64,000 bases of DNA, taken from assembly GCA_052390615.1 (NCBI GenBank), contig JBQTGT010000007.1:73614-137613 (forward strand), given 5' to 3'. Source of the stretch: Actinomycetota bacterium (GTDB taxonomy: Bacteria; Actinomycetota; Acidimicrobiia; IMCC26256; PALSA-610). The position numbers were made by a program, and so were the translations under genes. The notes under the pieces are model-generated. The model had not been told where the DNA came from. It searched no databases and saw only the letters and a list, made by a program, of their open reading frames with translations. Each line of letters begins with the position of its first letter. The first letter of the stretch is position 1. This document shows positions 26,245 through 34,809 of the stretch, piece after piece.

Positions 26245-27372
26245 GTGCGCGTGCTGCTCGACGTATCCGCGGTACCCGCGCATCCCGTCGGCGCCGGTGT
26301 CTACACGATTGCGTTGACGGCGGGGCTGGGTGGTCGTGACGGAATCGACCTGCACTTGCTGACCCGGCACGACGACGCCGACCGGTGGATCACGTTGGCA
26401 CCGCGCGCCACGGTGCACGCGGCCTCGCCCGCGAGTCGGCCCCTGCGGCTGGCATGGGAGCAGACCGGCGCCGCTCGTTTGGCGCGTCGCGTCCGGCCCG
26501 ACGTGTGGCACGGCCCGCACTACACACTGCCGCTCGCGGTCGGCGTGCCGACCGTGGTGACCGTGCACGATCTGACGTTTTTCGACCATCCCGAATGGCA
26601 CCAGCGAGCCAAGGTCACGTTCTTCCGTCGCATGATCCGAATGAGCGTCCGCCGCGCGGCCGCGGTTGTCTGCGTGAGCGAACACACTGGGGGGCGTCTC
26701 CGTGCGATCGCACCGCCGACCGGCGAGATCGTCATTGCGCACCACGGCGTCGACCGGCTGCGCTTCCACCCCGACGGAGACGACGATGCCGACCGCACAG
26801 TTCTGCTCCGACACGGGGCAACACCGCCGTATGTCGCCTTCGTCGGGACACTCGAACCACGCAAGGACGTGCCGACACTCGTGAGCGCGTTCGCTCGAGT
26901 GGCGCGTCGAGATCCCGATCTACGGCTGGTTCTCGCCGGGAACGACGGCTGGGGAGTCAACGCGGTGCGGGATGCGATTGCGACGAGCGGCGTCGCGACG
27001 CGGATCGTCCGCACCGGCTACCTCCCGGATGCCGTGCTCCCACCGCTGTACCGCCACGCCGCAGCCGTCGCGTACGCATCGCAGGAGGAGGGCTTCGGCG
27101 TCCCGGCCCTCGAGGCCTTGGCGTGTGGCGCGCCGCTCGTGACCACGACGGGCTCGGCGCTGCAGGAGGTCGTCGGCGACGCTGCCCTCACCGTGGCACC
27201 CGGCGACACCGACACGCTCGCGGACGCACTCGATTCCCTGCTGACAGACGACGAGCTCGCGCGCCGTCTCCGAAAGGCCGGACCTGAGCGCGCCGCCGAC
27301 TTCACATGGACGCGCACCGTCGACATCCACGTCGAGTGCTACCAGCGCGTCGTCGCGAGCGCCCGCCGATGA
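26245..27372 (+). CDS. Glycosyltransferase, GT4
   Basis: SQEEGFGVPALEALACGAPLV signature. GTG at 26245 gives an (M)RVLLDVS N-terminus. The track ORF starts at TTG 26230. Confidence 0.85.
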   Translation: MRVLLDVSAVPAHPVGAGVYTIALTAGLGGRDGIDLHLLTRHDDADRWITLAPRATVHAASPASRPLRLAWEQTGAARLARRVRPDVWHGPHYTLPLAVGVPTVVTVHDLTFFDHPEWHQRAKVTFFRRMIRMSVRRAAAVVCVSEHTGGRLRAIAPPTGEIVIAHHGVDRLRFHPDGDDDADRTVLLRHGATPPYVAFVGTLEPRKDVPTLVSAFARVARRDPDLRLVLAGNDGWGVNAVRDAIATSGVATRIVRTGYLPDAVLPPLYRHAAAVAYASQEEGFGVPALEALACGAPLVTTTGSALQEVVGDAALTVAPGDTDTLADALDSLLTDDELARRLRKAGPERAADFTWTRTVDIHVECYQRVVASARR

Positions 27373-28280
27373 AGGCGCTCGTCACCGGCGCGAGCGGATT
27401 CGTCGGACAACATCTGTGCGCGCACTTGCGCCAAACCGGCGACGATGTCGTCGCGTGCGACCGAGATGGACCACACTCGTTCGACATCACCGATCGTGAA
27501 GCGGTGCATGACGCGTTCACCCGCCACCGTCCCGATGTCGTATTCCACCTCGCCGCGTTCACGCACGTCGGCAAGTCGTGGCAGCGTCCGCGAGAAGTGC
27601 TGCGCGTCAACGTCGAAGGTACGGCCAACGTGCTGGACGCCGCGGGCGCGTCGGACGTCGCACGGATCTTGTACGTCGGCAGCGCCGAGGAGTACGGCAA
27701 GGTCGACGGGAACGACGGACCGCCGCTCGCGGAGACGGCGCCGCTACGTCCTTCGACCCCGTACGGCGCGAGCAAGGTTGCGGCGTCGTTCCTCGCGTTG
27801 CAGGCGTGGATCGGATCGGAGCTGGCGGTTGTGCGGGTGCGGCCGTTCGGCCACACGGGGCCGGGGCAGCCGGACCAGTTCGTGGTGCCCGGTTTGGCGC
27901 ACCGCATCGCGCGGGCCGAGGCCGACGGCGGCGAGCAGATCACGGTGGGGGCTCTCGATCCCGTTCGCGATATCGGCGACGTCCGCGACTTCGTCGTCGC
28001 GTACCGCCTGGCGGCGCTCCGGGGTGAGCCGGGCGAGGTCTACAACGTGTGCACCGGCACGGGGGTTTCGATCGCGGAGATCGCCGACAAGCTTCTCGCG
28101 CGCGCGCATCGCCCGCTGCGGATCGCGCAGGATCCTGTGCTCATGCGGCCCGTCGAGGTGCCCCGTCTCGTCGGCGATCCAACCAAGCTGCAGGCCGCGA
28201 CCGGATGGGCGCCGCGGTTCACGCTCGACGACACCCTTACCGCCGTGCTCGACGAGGCGCGGCAGAGTTACGGACCCTGA
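27369..28280 (+). CDS. NAD(P)-dependent epimerase/dehydratase-family reductase (GDP-4-keto-6-deoxy-D-mannose reductase/Rmd-like)
   Basis: ATGA overlap with the preceding GT4. VTGASGFVGQHL Rossmann motif and YGASKVA (YxxxK). Substrate assignment is tentative. Confidence 0.8.
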   Translation: MKALVTGASGFVGQHLCAHLRQTGDDVVACDRDGPHSFDITDREAVHDAFTRHRPDVVFHLAAFTHVGKSWQRPREVLRVNVEGTANVLDAAGASDVARILYVGSAEEYGKVDGNDGPPLAETAPLRPSTPYGASKVAASFLALQAWIGSELAVVRVRPFGHTGPGQPDQFVVPGLAHRIARAEADGGEQITVGALDPVRDIGDVRDFVVAYRLAALRGEPGEVYNVCTGTGVSIAEIADKLLARAHRPLRIAQDPVLMRPVEVPRLVGDPTKLQAATGWAPRFTLDDTLTAVLDEARQSYGP

Positions 28281-29047
28281 CGCTCCAGCCAACCGAGGAG
28301 CGCGGCGATCGCACGAGGATCGTGACGCAATCGGTGCGGGCCGTTCGGAACGACCCGCAGCTCGACATCCCCACCCGCGTCGGCGAGCTGGGAGGCGTCA
28401 TCGACTGGCACGACGTCATCCGCCGAGCCGTGTATCAGGAGCCACGGTCGAGGCGCGATCTCTCGCGCGGCCGCGATGACGTCGAGGTTGGCGATCGCGC
28501 GGATCCACGCGTCGGGATTGCTCGGAAACCCGACGGTGCGCAGCACGCCGGTGCGCCGCGCGTACTCGAGGAACCACGCGGGGTCTCGCACCCACGCGCG
28601 CAGCGATGCCGGCGCGGCAAAGGTGGCGATGCCGCGCACGCGCGAATCCTGTGCGGCGGTGACGATCCCGAGCGTTCCGCCGAGTCGGAAGCCGGCGATC
28701 CACACGCCACTCACGTCGGTGCGCGCGTGCAGCGCGTCGATGGCGGCGCGGATGTCGGCCAGCCAGCCTTCGATGGAGAAGTCGCCTTCGGACGGCCCTG
28801 TGCCGCGGTACGTGAACGTCAGCCCGGCCCACCCTGCTTCGCGCGCGACCCGGTCGACGAGACCCGGATCGGTGTTGCCAACCGTCGCGGCTCCGCCCGG
28901 ACCGCGCGGGAAGCCCGTGAGCACGAGCAACGCCGGCACGCGCGTCAACCCGGGCGGGCGCGCGAAGTGCGCGCCGAGGCGTAGACCCTCCGAGACGATT
29001 TCCTCCACGAACTCGTTATCCTGACCGCCGTGAGCGCTTCGTCTCAT
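28268..29047 (-). CDS. Alpha/beta-hydrolase-fold protein with a non-canonical nucleophile elbow (G-F-R-L-G-G)
   Basis: Fold-typical order: HG-like turn, elbow VWIAGFRLGGTLG, then IHGSADDVVP (Asp) and NGPHRL (His). The elbow residue is Arg (codon at 28685-28687), not Ser. ATG at 29047. The longer track ORF is antisense to the neighbouring gene. Confidence 0.7.
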   Translation of the reverse strand: MRRSAHGGQDNEFVEEIVSEGLRLGAHFARPPGLTRVPALLVLTGFPRGPGGAATVGNTDPGLVDRVAREAGWAGLTFTYRGTGPSEGDFSIEGWLADIRAAIDALHARTDVSGVWIAGFRLGGTLGIVTAAQDSRVRGIATFAAPASLRAWVRDPAWFLEYARRTGVLRTVGFPSNPDAWIRAIANLDVIAAAREIAPRPWLLIHGSADDVVPVDDASQLADAGGDVELRVVPNGPHRLRHDPRAIAALLGWLERQGP

Positions 29048-29635
29048 ATCGGCACCCCACCGGCACTCAAGGAGTGGGCGGTCGTCGTCCACGCGCTCCT
29101 CGCGGGCGAGCAGGTCATCGATCTGCGCAAGGGCGGACTGCGCGAGGACGGGCGGCACTTCGATCTACCGGACCGGCGCTTCTGGCTGTATCCGACGGCC
29201 GAGCACCAGCGGCCGGAACTGTTGAAGGACGCGTACCGGCACTGGACGGATCTCGCGACCGCCGCGCCCGTCGGCGAACCGATCCCGATCCTCGGCTACG
29301 CCGACGTCGTCGACGTCGCGACGATCTCTGAACCCGAACACCTCGATGCGATCGAGGGCAAGACCGTCTGGTCGAGCGAGTACGCCGCGTCGCGACTGAA
29401 GTGGAAGCCGCGCGATCCGCTGTGGGTGCTCGTGCTGCGCGTGCACCGCCTCGTCGAACCGATCAATGTCGCCTGGAACGACCGCTACGGCGGCTGCACC
29501 TCGTGGGTCACGCTCGACGGACTCGCGGACGATCCGACGACGCTCGCGTCCGAGCCGGCGCTGCTCGATGCCGCGTTCGACGCGCGCCGCAAGAGCACGC
29601 GTGACGCGCTCCCGGCGGGGTGCTGGGACGGCTGA
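29030..29635 (+). CDS. DUF1802-like protein, function unknown
   Basis: The N-terminus ALKEWAVVVHALLAGEQVIDLRKGGLRE resembles my recollection of the DUF1802 family. GTG start overlaps the divergent hydrolase start by 18 nt. Confidence 0.65.
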   Translation: MSASSHIGTPPALKEWAVVVHALLAGEQVIDLRKGGLREDGRHFDLPDRRFWLYPTAEHQRPELLKDAYRHWTDLATAAPVGEPIPILGYADVVDVATISEPEHLDAIEGKTVWSSEYAASRLKWKPRDPLWVLVLRVHRLVEPINVAWNDRYGGCTSWVTLDGLADDPTTLASEPALLDAAFDARRKSTRDALPAGCWDG

Positions 29636-29653
29636 GGAACGCGCACGCGCGAC

Positions 29654-30388
29654 TCAGCCGGCCGCGCGCGCGATCGAGCGGTGCGGACGGAAGCAGCGAT
29701 TGCGCGCTTCCGCCAGCGTGTCGGGACCGAAGGCGAGAAATGTCTCGGCCGCCATGATGTCGTCGACGGCCGCCGCGACTTCAGTGTCGGCGTCGATCAG
29801 GTCGAGGTCGTACACCATCTGCGTGCGCTTGTCGCCGAGGTAGCGGTTGTGCTCGAAGCAGATCGGGCGCGCCACGGGCCGAAATCTAACCGGTCTGGGC
29901 CGGCCCGGCCGCGCTGCGTCGACACCCCATCCTAGTGTCGCCGCGAACGCGAGCGCCGCGAAACAGTCGAGCACACTTTTCGTTGCGAGGAGGTCGATGT
30001 CCTCGCCGAGGCCGTCTTGGATCGAACCGAGGATCGTGAGCGGCCCGACGCAGAATACGAGCGAGGCGACGAGGAACCCTTCGACGAAACGTGACCGATC
30101 ATCCGGGTCCGAATTCACGCGGCGCTCTATGCGGGCACCAACCGCCGCCAGCCGTTCTTCGATGCCGAGCAGCTCACCGAGCAGGCCACCGCCGAGCAAC
30201 GCACCGAGCAGCAACAGCGCGTTGTGCGTGTTCGTCGCCTCGCGAACACCGAGAAAGAGTGTGAACAGGCCGAGGCCCTGCATGACCGTGGCGCGAATCT
30301 GCAGCGGGAGCCGGCCGCCGAGGACCACGCCCGCGGTGGTGCCGAGCGCCACGGTGGCGATGTTGAGCAGCGTCCCGAGCCCGCGCAC
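29654..30388 (-). CDS. DUF554-type membrane protein, C-terminally truncated and fused in frame to an unrelated ~75-aa soluble segment (possible pseudogene or fusion)
   Basis: The first ~150 aa (GTLLNIATVALGTTAGVVLG...LDCFAALAFAATLGWGV) match the N-terminal two-thirds of YqgA/DUF554 proteins as I recall them. The expected C-terminal TM helices are replaced by DAARPGRPRPVRF...ICFEHNRYLGD...CFRPHRS. Confidence 0.6.
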   Translation of the reverse strand: MRGLGTLLNIATVALGTTAGVVLGGRLPLQIRATVMQGLGLFTLFLGVREATNTHNALLLLGALLGGGLLGELLGIEERLAAVGARIERRVNSDPDDRSRFVEGFLVASLVFCVGPLTILGSIQDGLGEDIDLLATKSVLDCFAALAFAATLGWGVDAARPGRPRPVRFRPVARPICFEHNRYLGDKRTQMVYDLDLIDADTEVAAAVDDIMAAETFLAFGPDTLAEARNRCFRPHRSIARAAG

Positions 30389-30453
30389 GCCGTCGTTCTA
30401 ATGGCGATGGAAGCGCACCTGCGTGAGTTGGCGGGGCGAAGACGGCGGAACGA

Positions 30454-30485
30454 GGGTCGGGGGCCGCAGCTGCGACCCCCGACCC
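30454..30485. terminator. 32-nt near-perfect GC palindrome in a 330-nt intergenic region
   Basis: GGGTCGGGGG-C-CGCAG|CTGCG-A-CCCCCGACCC. It lies about 235 nt downstream of the stop of the minus-strand gene 30721-31161 and 66 nt upstream of the DUF554 start. Confidence 0.35.
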
Positions 30486-30720
30486 GGTTCGACTGTCTTT
30501 CGCAATTCACTTTCGGAATTCGCCTGCGCCCCTGTTCATCAGTGGGACCAAGGCTGACGGCGCCGACGACGGTGCAGCGGTTGGATTCCGCTGAGGCGGT
30601 CCAGTCGGTGCTTGAAATGCTGGCCTCTAACGGCCGCGCACCTCCGGGGTCCCAGATTTATCATGCATGTGCTGGACCACCTCCCTTCTCCGGTAGGGAA
30701 AGTTGTACCAGATTCCGCGG

Positions 30721-31161
30721 CTACTCCGAACCCGTTTCTGGCGCCGGGGCGCCGACGGCACCGATCGCGCGCAAGTACGCCAGCTGCGTCTCGACGACGG
30801 CGTGCACCTGCTCGGGCAAGTACTCCTCTCCCGTCTCGCGGGCGCGATCGAGGATGTACGCGACGGTCTCGGAGCCACCCACGACCACGTCGCCGGGCGC
30901 GGTGGCGCTCGACCCGTTCCCCGTCACCCCCTTGCGGCGAAAGAATTCGAGCTGGAAGTCGAGGATCCGGCGCACATCGTCGGGCGTGAGCGTCGCCGCG
31001 ACAATGTCCGATACGTGCTCGACGACCCACTCGTACGCCTCGTCTAGGTCGAAGACCGGTAGGGGCGGTTCGACGGAGAGGCGGGCCGCTTCCCGGGTGA
31101 CGAACCACGCGGCGACGGCGCACGCCGCGCCGAACACGAGAAGCGCGCCTACCCACAGCAC
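30721..31161 (-). CDS. Hypothetical protein with a single N-terminal membrane anchor
   Basis: GTG start, hydrophobic N-terminus LWVGALLVFGAACAVAAWFV, then an acidic soluble domain. Coding-like third-position GC. Confidence 0.65.
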   Translation of the reverse strand: MLWVGALLVFGAACAVAAWFVTREAARLSVEPPLPVFDLDEAYEWVVEHVSDIVAATLTPDDVRRILDFQLEFFRRKGVTGNGSSATAPGDVVVGGSETVAYILDRARETGEEYLPEQVHAVVETQLAYLRAIGAVGAPAPETGSE

Positions 31162-31209
31162 ATGCGCACGCTACCTCCCTCATTCTCGACGCCACGGTAG
31201 GGTCGGCCG

Positions 31210-32973
31210 GTGGCGGAGCGACGCGTCAACACGATCGTCGCCTTCGTGTACGCAGTGCTCACGTACGCGCTGCTGTTTCCCACCTGGCCCAATCGACTGC
31301 GCACGCACATCCCCGGCGACGCGGGCGACGCGCTACTGAATCTTTGGATTCTCGACTGGGTCGGCCACCACATCGACGACGGGTGGGGCTCGTTGTGGGA
31401 CACGACGATCTTCTTTCCGTACGAGAACACGTTGGCGTACAGCGAGTCGCTCTTGCCGGTCGCGATCGTGCACCGCGCGGTCGCCGTCGTCCTCCGATCC
31501 GACGTCATGGCGTTCAACCTGATCCATCTCGCCGCGTGGTTCGCGTCGATGTGGTTCACATACCTGCTCGCTCGCCGGCTGACGGGAAGCGTTGCCGGCG
31601 CGTTCGTGGCGGGCCTCGTGTACACGCTGGCGACGCCGCGCCTCGCGCATTACTGGCACTTCCAACTCGCGTTCGGGTTCCTGGTCCCCGTCGTGATCTA
31701 TGCGATCTTGCGGTTCTTCGAGCAGCCGACACGGCGTCGCGCGCTGGCACTCGGATTCGCGGCGGGCGGGATCGTGTTGTCGACGAGCTACTACGGCCTG
31801 ATGACGGCCATCGCCGCCGCGATCATCGTCGGCGGGCTGTTGGTGTGGGGTCGTGGTGAGGGTTGGCGCGCGCCCGTCAAGGGCTTGGCGGTGGCCGGCA
31901 CCGTCGCCGCCCTACTCGTTGCGCCGGTCGCGTATCAATACGCGCAGCTGCAACGCGACGACCACTTCCAACGCGGCTACGAGGCGGGCGGGTCGGCGCA
32001 CGTCGGCGACTTCACCCGCGTGACGCACGACCACTATGTGCTCGGTGAGTACGGGCCGCTGGCGGCGCGTTCGCAGCCTGCGGACGGCTCGTTGGAACGA
32101 CGGCTGTTCCCCGGTGGCGTCGCGCTGGGACTCGGCGGAGTCGGCGTGATGATCGTCGCACGCGATCTGTGGCGCCGTCGGCGCCCGCGCGACCGCGACC
32201 TTGCACAACGACTCCTGGCGCTGATCGTCCTCGCGGGTGCGGTGTTGTTCGTGCTGTCGTTCGGCGACAAGACCACGATCGGCTCGCGCACGATCTGGAT
32301 GCCCTACGCCCTGCTGCGCGAGCTTCCGGGGTTCGCGGGCATCCGCGCGCCCGCCCGCTTCGTCGCGTTCTCGATCCTGGCGCTGGCGCTGCTCGCCGCG
32401 ATCGGGTTCGCGCGGGTGACCGGACGACGATCAGTGCGCGTCACGATCACTGCGCTCGTCCTCTGTTCGGGGTTGCTCGTCGCGGAGTCGGCGTTGCAAG
32501 TGCAGTTCCTGCGCGTTCCCGACCGGAACAGAGCGCGTGCGGTCAACGAAGAACTCGCGACGCGGCCCGACGGCACGGTCGTCGAGCTGCCGATCACGAG
32601 CCCGGCGGACGGCGCGACCTGGGCGTTCGTCGAGACGCCGCGCCAATGGTTGGCGCGGATCGACGGGAACGAACGCGTCGGCGGCTACAGCGGGTTCGAC
32701 CCGCCTGGTTTCGTCGAGCTCGTGGCCGCGCTCGACACCTTCCCGGCCGCCGACGGGCTCGCGACTGCCGACCGGCTCGACGTTCGCTACGTCGTCGTGC
32801 GCACCGCGTTGCCGGGTCCGCTCCCCGAGTTCTTGGCGCGTGTCGTCGATCGAGACGGCGTCGGTTGGTACTCCGACGCCTACGCCGCGGAGCTCGTCGG
32901 CGACATCCCACCCGAACGGGTCGCGAACGCCCGCCGCTACGGCGACGCCTGGCTGGTCGAGCTGCAGGACTGA
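31210..32973 (+). CDS. Large polytopic membrane protein with a C-terminal extracytoplasmic domain; GT-C-fold glycosyltransferase candidate
   Basis: 587 aa. N-terminal loop HIPGDAGDALLNLWILDW, followed by about 10-12 TM helices and a ~170-aa soluble tail. The GT-C call rests on architecture and context only. Confidence 0.6.
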   Translation: MAERRVNTIVAFVYAVLTYALLFPTWPNRLRTHIPGDAGDALLNLWILDWVGHHIDDGWGSLWDTTIFFPYENTLAYSESLLPVAIVHRAVAVVLRSDVMAFNLIHLAAWFASMWFTYLLARRLTGSVAGAFVAGLVYTLATPRLAHYWHFQLAFGFLVPVVIYAILRFFEQPTRRRALALGFAAGGIVLSTSYYGLMTAIAAAIIVGGLLVWGRGEGWRAPVKGLAVAGTVAALLVAPVAYQYAQLQRDDHFQRGYEAGGSAHVGDFTRVTHDHYVLGEYGPLAARSQPADGSLERRLFPGGVALGLGGVGVMIVARDLWRRRRPRDRDLAQRLLALIVLAGAVLFVLSFGDKTTIGSRTIWMPYALLRELPGFAGIRAPARFVAFSILALALLAAIGFARVTGRRSVRVTITALVLCSGLLVAESALQVQFLRVPDRNRARAVNEELATRPDGTVVELPITSPADGATWAFVETPRQWLARIDGNERVGGYSGFDPPGFVELVAALDTFPAADGLATADRLDVRYVVVRTALPGPLPEFLARVVDRDGVGWYSDAYAAELVGDIPPERVANARRYGDAWLVELQD

Positions 32974-33043
32974 TCCCGGCACGCACCCGCGAGCAGGCAC
33001 GGGACCCGGTTCGCGGCAGCCACCCGCCTACACTTCGGGGGCC

Positions 33044-33817
33044 ATGAAAGCTGTGCTGCTCGCAGGCGGCCTCGGTACCCGCTTGCGGGAGGAGACCGAG
33101 TTTCGCCCGAAACCGATGGTCGAGGTCGGGGGCAAACCGATCCTCTGGCACATCATGAAGGGCTTCGCGCACCATGGCATCCGTGAGTTCGTGCTCGCCA
33201 TCGGCTACCGGGGCGACGTCATCAAGGACTACTTCCTCAACTACGAGGCGCGCACCAACGACTTCACCGTCCACCTGGGCGACAGCAAGCAGCTCACCTA
33301 CCACGGCGCCCACGACGAGCACGACTGGACCGTGACCGTCGTCGAGACTGGCGCCACCACTCAGACCGGCGGTCGGGTGAAGCGGGTGGAGCCGTTCGTC
33401 GACGGCCGCTGCATCGTCACCTACGGCGACGGCCTCGCCGACGTCGACCTCGGGTTGCTGCTCGACTTCCACTCCGCGCACGGCAAGCTAGCGACGGTCA
33501 CGACCGTCCGGCCGTTGTCGCGTTTCGGCGTCATGGACCTCGCCCGCGACGGCACGGTCGAGCGGTTCCGGGAGAAGCCGCTCACCGAGGACTACGTGAA
33601 CGCCGGGTTCTTCGTGTTCGAGCCCGAGGTCTTCGAATACCTCGACGGCGACTGTGTGCTCGAACAAGCGCCGCTCGAAGCGCTCGCGCGCGACGGGCAG
33701 CTGGTCGCGTACCGCCACGAGGGTTTCTGGCAGCCGATGGACACATACCGCGAATCGGTGATGCTCAACGAGATGTGGGATCGGGGCGACGCGCCGTGGA
33801 AGGTGTGGAAGCCGTGA
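33044..33817 (+). CDS. rfbF: Glucose-1-phosphate cytidylyltransferase
   Basis: LAGGLGTRLREETEFRPKPMVEVGGKPILWHIM and the C-terminus FWQPMDTYRE...W are characteristic of RfbF/DdhA. Confidence 0.9.
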   Translation: MKAVLLAGGLGTRLREETEFRPKPMVEVGGKPILWHIMKGFAHHGIREFVLAIGYRGDVIKDYFLNYEARTNDFTVHLGDSKQLTYHGAHDEHDWTVTVVETGATTQTGGRVKRVEPFVDGRCIVTYGDGLADVDLGLLLDFHSAHGKLATVTTVRPLSRFGVMDLARDGTVERFREKPLTEDYVNAGFFVFEPEVFEYLDGDCVLEQAPLEALARDGQLVAYRHEGFWQPMDTYRESVMLNEMWDRGDAPWKVWKP

Positions 33818-34809
33818 CGACACCCGATCGCGAGTTTTGGTCGCAACGGCGCGTGCTCGTCACGGGCGCGACCGGCATGGTCGGCTCGTGGCTGACGCGC
33901 TGGCTCGTCGAGTCGGGCGCGTACGTGGCCGCGCTCGTATGCGACTGGGATCCGCAGAGCGAGCTGATTCGCAGCAGCAGCATCACCCGTGTTGCGGTCG
34001 TCAGCGGGCGGCTCGAAGACTTCGACGCCGTCGAGCGCGCCGTTAACGACAACGAGGTCGACAGCGTGTTCCACCTAGGCGCGCAGGCGATCGTCGGCGT
34101 CGCGCACCGCTCACCCCGCCAGACGTTCGAGAGCAACATCCAGGGCACATGGAACGTGCTCGACGCGTGCCGGCTGCATTCGAGCCTCGTACAACGCGTC
34201 GTCGTCGCATCGAGCGACAAGGCCTACGGCACGCAGACGGCGTTGCCATACACCGAAGACATGGCGCTGCAAGGCGACCACCCCTACGAGGTGTCGAAGA
34301 GCTGCACTGATCTCATCACGACGACGTACGCGCAGACCTACGGCCTACCGGCTACGATCGCGCGCTGCGGCAACATCTACGGTGGCGGCGATCTCAATTG
34401 GAACCGCATCGTGCCGGGCACGTTCCGGTCGCTGATTCGGGGCGAGACGCCGATCATTCGCAGTGACGGAACGTTCGTGCGCGACTACTTGCACGTCGAT
34501 GACATCGTGCACGCGTACTTGGTGCTCGGTGAGCAATCTCACGAGCCCGAGCTCGCCGGGCAGGGTTTCAACTTCAGCGACCAGTCGCCGTTGAGCGTGA
34601 TGGAGATCTACGAGGCCGTGTGTGTCGCCGCCGGCAAGTCGGGCACGGAACCGCGCGTGCTCGACGTCGCCGCGGGTGAGATCAAGGACCAGTACCTTGA
34701 CGCGACCAAAGCCGCGAAGGTGCTGGGATGGCAGGCGTCGACCTCGCTGACCGCCGGGCTGGCCAACACGTACCGGTGGTACGCGGATCTGCTCGAGCGC
34801 GATCGATGA
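33814..34809 (+). CDS. rfbG: CDP-glucose 4,6-dehydratase
   Basis: GTGA overlap with rfb[21 protein letters not shown] and YEVSKSC (YxxxK). Confidence 0.9.
   Translation: MTTPDREFWSQRRVLVTGATGMVGSWLTRWLVESGAYVAALVCDWDPQSELIRSSSITRVAVVSGRLEDFDAVERAVNDNEVDSVFHLGAQAIVGVAHRSPRQTFESNIQGTWNVLDACRLHSSLVQRVVVASSDKAYGTQTALPYTEDMALQGDHPYEVSKSCTDLITTTYAQTYGLPATIARCGNIYGGGDLNWNRIVPGTFRSLIRGETPIIRSDGTFVRDYLHVDDIVHAYLVLGEQSHEPELAGQGFNFSDQSPLSVMEIYEAVCVAAGKSGTEPRVLDVAAGEIKDQYLDATKAAKVLGWQASTSLTAGLANTYRWYADLLERDR

Noticed and set aside
24670-26814. 714-aa minus-strand ORF
   Set aside because: It spans three plus-strand GT4 genes in antisense. The sequence is extremely Arg-rich and carries no motifs.
30486-30492. 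GGTTCGA, a tRNA T-loop-like heptamer
   Set aside because: The flanking sequence cannot form a T-arm, acceptor stem or anticodon arm. It directly follows the 32-nt palindrome.
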